This document shows, piece by piece, positions 56,845 to 64,000 of a stretch of 64,000 bases of DNA. Source of the DNA: a virus; the IMG/VR virus record IMGVR_UViG_3300047320_000210, positions 19,922-83,921 of that record. One strand, 5' to 3'. Every line of letters starts with the position of its first letter. Within the stretch, counting starts at the first letter, position 1. The notes under the pieces were generated by a model. That model had not been told where the DNA came from and did no database searches. It saw only the letters and a program-made list of their open reading frames with translations. Both the position numbers and the translations under genes were made by a program.

Positions 56845-57570
56845 TTAGCCCTCGTCGTCTTCGTCTTCGTCTTCATCCTCGGGTTCGAAGTAGTCCTGTT
56901 CGAGGCTGTGGCTGCCGAACTCGGTGTACGGCACCTTCACCTGGTCGTCGCTGATGCCGTAGTCGCGCAGGCTGACCCCGTGCCCCATGGCCTGCATCGC
57001 CGCGTAATGGCCCCACTCGCGGGGGTCGTCGGTGGTGCCGGGGAAGCGGGTGTACAGGGTTTCGATGTCGTCGCCGTTGACCCGTTCCATGTCCATTTTC
57101 AGGGTGCTGGCGGCGTGCAGCGCCGCCGGGTCGAGGGCGTCCGGCAACTGGCTGATGATTTCGCCGGACATCGGCTGGCCGCACTCGTCGGCCTGATCGG
57201 CGTAGGCACAGGCAAAGAACGCCAAGGCCATGCCCTTGAGGATGTGCCCGGCGATGGCGACGAAGCCCGGCGGGCCGAAGGCGGCCAGCGGGTATTCCTG
57301 CAAGGCCATCGCTTCGGCCGCTTCACGGCTGGGGGCGCGCAGGAAGAAGTCGATGACCTCGTCTTCCAGTTCGCCGTAGACGCGCCAGAGGTTGGCCGGC
57401 AGGCCCCAGTAGGCGCCGCCTTCGTCGTAGGCGCCGTCTTCAAAGCGCAGGCGCAGTAATGACAGCACCGGGCGCAGTTCGCTGCGGTCGCCGCTGGCGT
57501 GCTGGTTGGGGCGGCCCATCGGCGCGCCGCGAGCGCTGCCGACGTGGGTCAGGGGTGGGATGGTGGGCAT
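56845..57570 (-). CDS. Hypothetical early protein
   Basis: GAPMGR..GAYDEGGAYWG motif; acidic tail; junction motif upstream. Confidence 0.7.
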   Translation of the reverse strand: MPTIPPLTHVGSARGAPMGRPNQHASGDRSELRPVLSLLRLRFEDGAYDEGGAYWGLPANLWRVYGELEDEVIDFFLRAPSREAAEAMALQEYPLAAFGPPGFVAIAGHILKGMALAFFACAYADQADECGQPMSGEIISQLPDALDPAALHAASTLKMDMERVNGDDIETLYTRFPGTTDDPREWGHYAAMQAMGHGVSLRDYGISDDQVKVPYTEFGSHSLEQDYFEPEDEDEDEDDEG

Positions 57571-57875
57571 GCTGGCGTTTCCTTCTCGGGGGTGGGTGGG
57601 TCGGCGTTGAAGTAGATCGGCTGGTGCGTGCTGAAGCCCGGCGGCGCGCGGTCGCCTGGGCTGGCCATGCCGAGGGAGGCGCAGTGGCTGCGCGCTTCCT
57701 GCAGGCTGTAGGCGATCAGTTTTTCCTGGGCGGCCTTGAACGTCAGCCATTCGGTGACGTGCAGGTAGCGGCTGTCCCTCGCGCAGCCGAGGGCCACGGT
57801 GCGGTAGCCGTGTTCGAAGGTGCACGGGTAGAGGCTGAAGCGGAAATGGTAGAGCTTGGCAGTTTTGACAGCCAT
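57549..57875 (-). CDS. Hypothetical early protein
   Basis: Junction motif/RBS upstream. Confidence 0.6.
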   Translation of the reverse strand: MAVKTAKLYHFRFSLYPCTFEHGYRTVALGCARDSRYLHVTEWLTFKAAQEKLIAYSLQEARSHCASLGMASPGDRAPPGFSTHQPIYFNADPPTPEKETPACPPSHP

Positions 57876-57923
57876 GGCGGTTCTCCCCTTCTCGGGTGGT
57901 GGTGCGGGTCAGTGGCCCGGGGG

Positions 57924-58355
57924 TCAACCGAGCAGGCTGCGGGCCTTGGCCAGCCGGTCGAGGTGCGGCAGGTTGGCGACGTCGTGGAAGGTGCAGTAAC
58001 GCGTCCCGAGGCGCACGTAGATGCTGGTGATGCGGCCGCTGTAATACTCCATCATGACGAACGATTCGCCGCCGCCGCTGTGCTGCCAGCTCTCCGGCGG
58101 CAGCACTTCCAGCGCCTCCCACCACGCTTCCTTGGTGATTTCCTGCGGGGCGCTGATCAGGCTGCGTTCGTCCTGTTCCTGCCACGCGTCGAACTCGCCG
58201 AGGACGATCTGCGGGCGTTCGTCGCGCAGTTGCATGAGGTTCTGGCCACTGTGCAGGCTGACGTACTCGCCGGCGGCGGTCTGCACCGCCAGGTCAATGA
58301 TGTGGTGCTGCCCGGGCACGTAGAAACAGTGGGTCAGGTCGCTGAGTTTGATCAT
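57924..58355 (-). CDS. DUF1419-like protein
   Basis: EIT..WWEALEVLPP..ESFVMME..G.IT signature. Confidence 0.65.
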   Translation of the reverse strand: MIKLSDLTHCFYVPGQHHIIDLAVQTAAGEYVSLHSGQNLMQLRDERPQIVLGEFDAWQEQDERSLISAPQEITKEAWWEALEVLPPESWQHSGGGESFVMMEYYSGRITSIYVRLGTRYCTFHDVANLPHLDRLAKARSLLG

Positions 58356-58412
58356 GGTGAATGCTCCCTTCTCGGGTGGGTGGGTTAGGGGTTGCCGGGG
58401 CCAGCGGCGAGT

Positions 58413-58886
58413 TTAGTCAATCCGGCCGCTCATGGCATGCACGTTGCGCCCGTCGGCGGTCGGCGCGGGGCTGCCCTTGCAGAAGTTGCGGTGCAGCACC
58501 CAGCCCTCCGGCAGCCCGGCGTGCAGGTAGGCCGCGCCGTACTTGTCGCCTTCATTGAAGCCGGTGAAGCCGGACGGGGTGTCCATCACGTAGGCGTACT
58601 GACCGACGTGCAGCAGGGCGAAGACCATCAGGTCGGGGATGATCGCGCGCGGCAGCAGCACGCTGGCCACCGCCGGCAACTCGCCGACCATGCTGTTCCA
58701 GTTGCGCGGGAAGCAGTGCCGGGCCTCGATCGTGTGGCTCAGGCCGAAGTAGGCGGTGAGCAGGATGACGCCCTGTTCGTTGAGGTCGCAGAGCAGCCGG
58801 CGGCCGTAGGCGTCGGCCTCGCCGGTCAGCGGTTTGACCCCGTAGGCGGCGAGGTCGGCGAAGTCGTGCAGGTGGTGGCGGGACAT
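58413..58886 (-). CDS. Hypothetical early protein
   Basis: AAGGAG RBS; LTGEADAYGRRLLCDL. Confidence 0.7.
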   Translation of the reverse strand: MSRHHLHDFADLAAYGVKPLTGEADAYGRRLLCDLNEQGVILLTAYFGLSHTIEARHCFPRNWNSMVGELPAVASVLLPRAIIPDLMVFALLHVGQYAYVMDTPSGFTGFNEGDKYGAAYLHAGLPEGWVLHRNFCKGSPAPTADGRNVHAMSGRID

Positions 58887-58904
58887 GGTCGTGACTCCTT
58901 CGTT

Positions 58905-58939
58905 GTGAATTGCGAATTGTGAATTGCTTATTGCTTATT
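58905..58939. repeat. AT-rich heptad array D
   Basis: GTGAATT GCGAATT GTGAATT GCTTATT GCTTATT. Confidence 0.85.
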
Positions 58940-59171
58940 GCTGGTGGCGGTCGCGGTCGAGCGCGTCGAGGCGCGCGTTGACCAGACGGTTGAGGGCGCG
59001 GCGGTCCTGCCAGGTGAGCCAGAACGACAGGCCGAGCAGCAGGCACAGGCACACCAGCATCGGCCACAGCGCCGCGACGATGTACGCCAGTTCCATCGGC
59101 AGCCACGGGCTGAGCAGGGCGTACAGGGCCATGGCCACGGCGCCGTAGGTGTTCCAGATCGAGGTCCACAT
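58935..59171 (-). CDS. Small membrane protein (two TM)
   Basis: AGGAAGG RBS; hydrophobic. Confidence 0.65.
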   Translation of the reverse strand: MWTSIWNTYGAVAMALYALLSPWLPMELAYIVAALWPMLVCLCLLLGLSFWLTWQDRRALNRLVNARLDALDRDRHQQ

Positions 59172-59192
59172 GAGGGGCTTCCTTCCTGTTTG

Positions 59193-59227
59193 GTGAATGG
59201 TGAATTGCTGATTGCTGATTGTTAATG
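59193..59227. repeat. AT-rich heptad array E
   Basis: GTGAATG GTGAATT GCTGATT GCTGATT GTTAATG. Confidence 0.85.
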
Positions 59228-59228
59228 G

Positions 59229-59480
59229 CTACTCGGGCATGCCGACGGCGCGGCAGGCGGCGAGGTATTCGGCGCTGGGGATGTCGGGGCACAGCGCGTA
59301 CAGGTGCGCCAGCTGGTGGACGATCAGGCGCAGGGCGGGGTCGGTGAGGATCGTTGGGGTGTCCCAGCTGGGCTGTTCCTGCTTGAGTTCGTCGAGCCCT
59401 TCATTGAGGGCGCGGATCAGCGCAATGGGGTTGCAGGCGCCGAGCTGGGCGCCGATGGCGTGCTTGCTGCGTTGGCTCAT
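59229..59480 (-). CDS. Small hypothetical protein
   Basis: AAGGAG RBS; GACNP..DPALRLIVHQLA. Confidence 0.65.
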   Translation of the reverse strand: MSQRSKHAIGAQLGACNPIALIRALNEGLDELKQEQPSWDTPTILTDPALRLIVHQLAHLYALCPDIPSAEYLAACRAVGMPE

Positions 59481-59656
59481 GGTCGTGACTCCTTCTTCAG
59501 GGCGGACAGGCAGCGCAGATAGCTGCCGAGGAAACAGTAGGGGCGGCGTTCGATGTCGGCCTCGAACAGGGCGGACTCCATCGGGGTCAGGGTGTGGAAC
59601 GGCGGGTTGACCGGGCCGCCGAAGGGCGACGGCGGCGCGCGGGGGTGACGGGACAT
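59477..59656 (-). CDS. Small hypothetical protein
   Basis: AAGGA RBS; ATGA coupling. Confidence 0.5.
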   Translation of the reverse strand: MSRHPRAPPSPFGGPVNPPFHTLTPMESALFEADIERRPYCFLGSYLRCLSALKKESRP

Positions 59657-59669
59657 GGTCGTTTCCTTC

Positions 59670-59891
59670 TTAGGCGGACAGGTGATAACGGCGGCGCGCG
59701 GCGTGCGCGCCGAGCACTTCGTAGTGGAACGGCCAGCTGGGCTTGTGCTTGGCGTTGAGGCGCGCGGTGCGCTCGACCAGGGCCTGACGGGTGCGCGCTT
59801 CGGCATAGATGCGCGCGGTGGGTTTGTCGTGTTCATCGTCGGGGGCCTCATCGGGCACTTCGACGACGTAAAACAGGCTGGCGGCGGACAT
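59670..59891 (-). CDS. Small hypothetical protein (first of the early cluster)
   Basis: AAGGAGG RBS. Confidence 0.6.
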   Translation of the reverse strand: MSAASLFYVVEVPDEAPDDEHDKPTARIYAEARTRQALVERTARLNAKHKPSWPFHYEVLGAHAARRRYHLSA

Positions 59892-60207
59892 GGCGGGGCC
59901 TCCTTCTTCATAGGTGACCGATGGCGGGGTGGGTGGGTTGCTCAGGATTCTGAGCAGTACAAGTGTTCACTGAAAAAGCGAGGAAGCTACTGACGGTTTT
60001 GCGTGGCTACCCCTTTGTGCGTGGATTTATTTTTGGTAGGGGTGGGTAGGCTATTGCTATCCGTGGATTGTTGTGGGTGATTACCCTGCTACCTTGCTCG
60101 CTTCGTAGCCTGTGACCGATTGGGTTTTTTGGTAAAATTCGTAAGTGGTTGATATGTAAGGGGAAAGGTCGTTTTGGAGGCCGATGCTTCGAGAAAATTT
60201 GGCTCAC

Positions 60208-60250
60208 AAACTAGTGATCTAGTCAAGCTAAATAACTAGATCACTAGTTT
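60208..60250. repeat. Perfect 16-bp inverted repeat with 11-nt spacer
   Basis: AAACTAGTGATCTAGT-N11-ACTAGATCACTAGTTT. Confidence 0.9.
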
Positions 60251-60308
60251 TTTGTCTAATTCCGACCCACTTTTGGACTTGAAAATTGACTGTTTTTTGA
60301 AGTCAGTA

Positions 60309-60372
60309 GCCTTTCTCTCTCTTTTATATAAATAGTTATTAATAATTATTTACAAAGAGAAGAGAGAAGGCC
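60309..60372. repeat. AT-rich quasi-palindrome
   Basis: Core TAAATAGTTATT|AATAATTATTTA (one mismatch) flanked by a CT-rich arm and a complementary GA-rich arm. Confidence 0.75.
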
Positions 60373-60396
60373 CCGACCACCTCCTGCGGGGCCTTT
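60367..60396 (-). terminator. Terminator-like hairpin downstream of the recombinases
   Basis: AAGGCCCCG..CGGGGCCTT with a pyrimidine tract on the - strand. Confidence 0.55.
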
Positions 60397-60423
60397 CGTG
60401 CCCTTCCTAGGCCTGTCGCCTTC

Positions 60424-61029
60424 CTAGCCAGCGGCCTGCGCTGACTTCACCGCCTGGACGGTGGACTTCGCGCAGTCACAAACCGTGGCGATCTTCCTGA
60501 TCGACACGCCCTCGGCCAGCAACAACTTGATTCGTTCGTGCAAGGCGGCATCGGGCACCCGGCCCTTGTACTTGCCGTCGGCCTTGGCCTTGTCGATGCC
60601 GGCCTGTGCCTTGCGCAACCGTTCTTCATGCTGGCGCGAGCTGACTGCGCCGAGGATGTCGAGCAGCAGCTCGTTCATCAGGTTCGGTTCGTGACTCTTG
60701 GCGTCCGTCGCCGCCCAGGAACCGGGCACGTCCAGGGCGATCACGCGCAAGCGTTTCTCGCGGATGATCCGGCGCAGCTCCTGCCACTCTGGCGCCTTCA
60801 ACCGGCCCAGTCGTTTCACGCGATCACACAGCAGCATGTCGTAGGGCTTCGCCTCGGTCAGCATGCGCAGCAGTTCGGGGCGCTTGAAGGTCTGGCCGGC
60901 GTCGTCTTCGACGTAAGTGGCGACCAGATCGAGGTCGTGCTCTTCAACGAACGCCGTCAACGTCGGAATGATTCGTTCGTAGCCCAGCGCCGCGACGTAG
61001 GCGCGCACGGAATAGTTAGGGGTCGGCAT
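60424..61029 (-). CDS. Serine resolvase-like protein lacking the catalytic Ser
   Basis: RPEL..D.L...RLGRL, KA.GKYKGR and a C-terminal HTH are present, but the N-terminus reads RAYVAAL instead of Y-x-R-x-S. Confidence 0.8.
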   Translation of the reverse strand: MPTPNYSVRAYVAALGYERIIPTLTAFVEEHDLDLVATYVEDDAGQTFKRPELLRMLTEAKPYDMLLCDRVKRLGRLKAPEWQELRRIIREKRLRVIALDVPGSWAATDAKSHEPNLMNELLLDILGAVSSRQHEERLRKAQAGIDKAKADGKYKGRVPDAALHERIKLLLAEGVSIRKIATVCDCAKSTVQAVKSAQAAG

Positions 61030-61096
61030 GAATGCCTCCTTCAAGTGGGGGATTGATCCGTTCCAGGTTGCTGCAGGTAAATGACGCCTTCGTAGC

Positions 61097-61663
61097 TCAG
61101 GCGGTTTCGTCCTGCGTGGCTGGCAGGTGACGGTAGAGCGTGGCCAGCGAGACGCCAAGGTTTTTTGCCACGTCAGGCATGGGTTCGCCCGAGGCCAAGA
61201 GTTTGCGCGCGCTGTTGATTTTGCTCGCGGTCATCTTGCGGGGCCTACCGCCAAAGCGACCGAGCGCGTTGGCGGCATCGAGCCCGGCGCGCGTTCTCTC
61301 CAGAATCAATTCCCGCTCCATTTGAGCGAAGGCTGCGACGATGTGAAAAAACAGCCGGCCCATGGCCGACGACGTGTCGAGCTGTTCGGTCAGGCTTTTG
61401 AATTTGATCCCGGCCTTGTCGAACTGCTCCATCAGCAAAATCAGTTGCTTGAGACTGCGCCCGAGGCGATCGAGCTTCCACACGACCAGCGTGTCACCTG
61501 GGCGCAGCCTGGCTAACAGGTCATCGAGCACGGGGCGCTCCTTGACGCTGCTCTCTTTTTCGAGAAAAACCTGATCGACGTCGGGCTCTTTGGCGAACGC
61601 CTGCGTTTGCAGCGCCAAATTTTGCTTCTCCTTGTCGGAGATCCTGCCGTAGCAGAATTTCAT
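61097..61663 (-). CDS. Serine recombinase (resolvase/invertase, Hin/Pin-like)
   Basis: YGRIS, RP, GDTLVVWKLDRLGRS, ERELILERT, GGRP and HTH GVSLATLYR; AGGAGG RBS. Confidence 0.93.
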   Translation of the reverse strand: MKFCYGRISDKEKQNLALQTQAFAKEPDVDQVFLEKESSVKERPVLDDLLARLRPGDTLVVWKLDRLGRSLKQLILLMEQFDKAGIKFKSLTEQLDTSSAMGRLFFHIVAAFAQMERELILERTRAGLDAANALGRFGGRPRKMTASKINSARKLLASGEPMPDVAKNLGVSLATLYRHLPATQDETA

Positions 61664-61692
61664 AGCTGTACCTCCTAGGAGAGTGGTGGGGA

Positions 61693-61855
61693 TTCTCAAA
61701 ACTCAAGGCAAACGGAAATTTTCTCACAACTCGCGTTTGGGGGGTGGTTTCGAGAAAAGGTTTTGAGAGAGGTATTTGAGAACGGGAAACGCCCGGTTTT
61801 TGGGCCGGGCGATTTCCGTCTCAAACTTTCGCAAATGCGACCGTTATTGAGAACG
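61693..61855. promoter_or_regulatory. res-like recombination site
   Basis: Several (T)TCTCA(A)/TGAGAA half-sites in both orientations directly upstream of the resolvase. Confidence 0.6.
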
Positions 61856-61869
61856 GCCAAACGCGGGGT

Positions 61870-62208
61870 TTAGCGCTTTTTGTCGCGCCGGTGGGATTTA
61901 CTCATGGCCTTGGCCAACTCCCGGCCAAACGTGCCACGTTGCGCTTTTTTCTCCGCGCGCTGTTTCGCCTGGAGCAGCCCAGGCGCGCGCGGCTGTGTCG
62001 CGTTTTCCTCCAGCGCGTGAATCAGTTGCGCTTGCCGAAGTTGGTACAGCACGCGCGGGATCAAATCGGCCCGGTCGCGCTCGCGATCTGCGAGATCGGC
62101 AGAAAACAGGCTCGCGGGGGACCGGTCGCCGAAGTCGTCGCCCCACATGGATTCCGTCGTGTGATGTCGTCGCCAGTCACTGGCGCCTGTCGAATCGTCG
62201 AAGGCCAT
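61870..62208 (-). CDS. Hypothetical protein with basic C-terminus
   Basis: AGGAGG RBS immediately after a 20-bp palindrome. Confidence 0.55.
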   Translation of the reverse strand: MAFDDSTGASDWRRHHTTESMWGDDFGDRSPASLFSADLADRERDRADLIPRVLYQLRQAQLIHALEENATQPRAPGLLQAKQRAEKKAQRGTFGRELAKAMSKSHRRDKKR

Positions 62209-62221
62209 GGTCATTCCTCCT

Positions 62222-63392
62222 ACGCGCCACATGTGGCGCGTCACATGCGCCGGAAAAATCAGGCGCGCACACGAAAGCCCCCCGACTAGCGGGGGGCGTT
62301 TTCACGTCTGGCGGTTTAGCTGTTTTGCGCGTCCAGCTTTGCCGCTGCGCGCGCTGCATCGTCCGTCGCTTTCGCCTTAATCGCGTTGGCGATGGCCATG
62401 GCGCCCAAACTGGCGTTTTGCGCCTCACGCGCCAACTTGTCACGCTGCAATTGTTCACTGCAAACAAAGTGCAGCATGGCGGACCATGCTGCGCCATCCA
62501 GCGCCATCAGCCCAGCATGCGCGCCATCGGCAGACTTGCCGAAGGCGCCGACGACAGCCTTTGTCGCTTTTTCGGCAGTGGTCGCGCCCCCGTCAAGGTC
62601 GCACTCTGAATAGTCGCCGGTCTGCAAATTGACCTTAACGCCATACTTTTTAAGCTGGCGCTCTATCCGAGTGACAATCACGTTTCGCGCCCCCTTGCAC
62701 GCTGCGCTGCGCTGCTTAGCTGGCGCATCGTCGGGCATGCTCTCAAGGGCTTTTTCTTGCGCTGCTTTTATGGCGATGTTGGCGAGCCCCACATATTCGA
62801 CCAACAACGGCGCAGAGTCGGCGCACAGCGGGAAGTCTGGCGCTGTCGGCTCGCCATCCTTGCCGAATTCGCACAGCTCAAGGTCCAGCAGCACAGCGAC
62901 CGGCAGAAACATTTTGTCGCCCAGCGTTTGCGCCCACTTAACCGCATCTTTTTTGTGGGCGGACGCGCCACATGTGGCGCCATGGCTGCGCGCACTTTTG
63001 AGCAACTTGGCAAAGGCGACATCAGCGGCGCCCCGTTTTTCTGCTTGCTCAATACCGTAGTCCGACAGCTCAGCAGCAAGCTTGCTGGCGGCAAGTGCTG
63101 ACAGGTCTGGAATATCCAGCTCAGCAGTGGACTTGTATGCACGGCCGACAGCAGCGGCCTTTGCTTTGTCGATGGTCACTTTGCTGACGGGCGACAGCTT
63201 GCCAGCAACATCGACAGGCGCCACATGTGGCGCCGACAGCGTGCCGATGGTCGCGCCCAGCGTAGGCAATACATCAGGTACGTCTGCCAGCTCAGCAAAC
63301 AACGCTGCACAGCCTTGCTCGCCCAGCTTGCCCAGCAAGTCAGCAAGGGGGCGAGCCTCAAGCGAGCACAGCAAGGCGCCACATGTGGCGCC
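62222..63392. repeat. Four copies of perfect palindrome GCGCCACATGTGGCGC
   Basis: At 62224-62239, 62965-62980, 63218-63233 and 63376-63391. Confidence 0.95.
62272..62302. terminator. Bidirectional terminator-like hairpin
   Basis: AAAGCCCCCCG-ACTAG-CGGGGGGC-GTTTT. Confidence 0.7.
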
Positions 63393-63503
63393 GTGAAGGT
63401 CTGACAGCATGGCGCTTGCCGCTGCGCCATCGGCACAAGCGACCAACAACACGGACAGGTCTGACAGGCTAGGCCTATCAGACATAAGGGCTTGACTGTT
63501 CAT
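62316..63503 (-). CDS. Orphan Ala-rich protein (395 aa)
   Basis: GGGAG RBS; coupled to an upstream sORF; followed by a terminator; no family recognised. Confidence 0.7.
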   Translation of the reverse strand: MNSQALMSDRPSLSDLSVLLVACADGAAASAMLSDLHGATCGALLCSLEARPLADLLGKLGEQGCAALFAELADVPDVLPTLGATIGTLSAPHVAPVDVAGKLSPVSKVTIDKAKAAAVGRAYKSTAELDIPDLSALAASKLAAELSDYGIEQAEKRGAADVAFAKLLKSARSHGATCGASAHKKDAVKWAQTLGDKMFLPVAVLLDLELCEFGKDGEPTAPDFPLCADSAPLLVEYVGLANIAIKAAQEKALESMPDDAPAKQRSAACKGARNVIVTRIERQLKKYGVKVNLQTGDYSECDLDGGATTAEKATKAVVGAFGKSADGAHAGLMALDGAAWSAMLHFVCSEQLQRDKLAREAQNASLGAMAIANAIKAKATDDAARAAAKLDAQNS

Positions 63504-63628
63504 CTAGTAGCACTCCCGTTAACGGACAGCGCCAGCTTGCCAATGACACTGCTAGTAACGCCACCTACAGCGCCCCCTAGGGCAACGGCAAGGGCAAGGG
63601 CGATAAGCACAGCGGCAACGGCTCTCAT
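63500..63628 (-). CDS. 42-aa hydrophobic membrane peptide (not in ORF track)
   Basis: TAAGGAG RBS; MRAVAAVLIALALAVALGGAVGGVTSSVIGKLALSVNGSATR; ATGA overlap with the 395-aa gene. Confidence 0.65.
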   Translation of the reverse strand: MRAVAAVLIALALAVALGGAVGGVTSSVIGKLALSVNGSATR

Positions 63629-64000
63629 GATGGCGACTCTCCTTAATGCTGGCAGTGGCGTTGGGCCATGGCATCAGCGAACACGCATACAACTAAGAGC
63701 AAGCCTAGTCCACCCCATACCGGCACACAAGCATTTTTTAAAAGAGACGCCACCCCCTGACGCCTGGGCAACACCTGGACGGCAGACGCCTGGGCGCAGC
63801 CTGGCTAAAGCATGATAAGCACAGCAACAAACGTGCCAGCATGCAACAAACAAGCCACCCACCCCACACTTTTTTCCGACCGACGGACTTGACACACCTC
63901 CCTACAGACCCCCTCGCCACCCAAAACCCCCTCAAAATCCCAGCTGTACCCAGTACCCACGGAAAATACCGTGCCAATTAACGCGCCACGTTAAAACAAT

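Noticed and set aside
47193-59227. Heptad arrays or junction motifs as a CRISPR array or integron attC sites
   Set aside because: No repeat-spacer periodicity, no cas or integron integrase gene, and no attC RYYYAAC/GTTRRRY structure.
60007-60207. 66-aa ORF
   Set aside because: No RBS and atypical composition; it lies in the probable control region.
60424-61855. Tn3-family transposon
   Set aside because: No transposase and no GGGG-type 38-bp terminal inverted repeats seen.

Overview
A large, nearly complete genome segment of a GC-rich tailed (siphovirus-like) phage. The host is probably Pseudomonas, inferred from two MvaT-type H-NS homologs. The + strand (1-24608) carries the morphogenesis operon: portal end, S49 protease/scaffold, decoration protein, major capsid, neck, tail tube, a 2237-aa tape measure, tail tip, a repeat-rich fibre, two putative receptor-binding proteins and a lysis-like cassette with no recognisable endolysin. 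The - strand (24586-39298) carries replication/recombination genes: TraR/DksA finger, SbcC/SbcD, PD-(D/E)xK nuclease, Dda/RecD helicase, a three-domain family A polymerase, SNF2 helicase and an AEP primase-helicase. About 45 small - strand accessory genes follow, including two MvaT paralogs, a C5 methyltransferase with a nested out-of-frame partner ORF, ParA plus an RHH partner, ArdB/KlcA, DUF3085, DUF1419 and a GNAT. The right end holds AT-rich palindromes, two serine recombinases (one apparently catalytically dead) with a res-like site, and an orphan operon. No integrase is visible, so a phage-plasmid lifestyle is plausible. The most notable unexplained DNA-level signals are four copies of a perfect 16-bp palindrome (GCGCCACATGTGGCGC) in and beside an orphan gene, five AT-rich heptad arrays, and a conserved stop-to-RBS junction motif linking the early genes. 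All family calls come from motif recognition by eye, not database searches.
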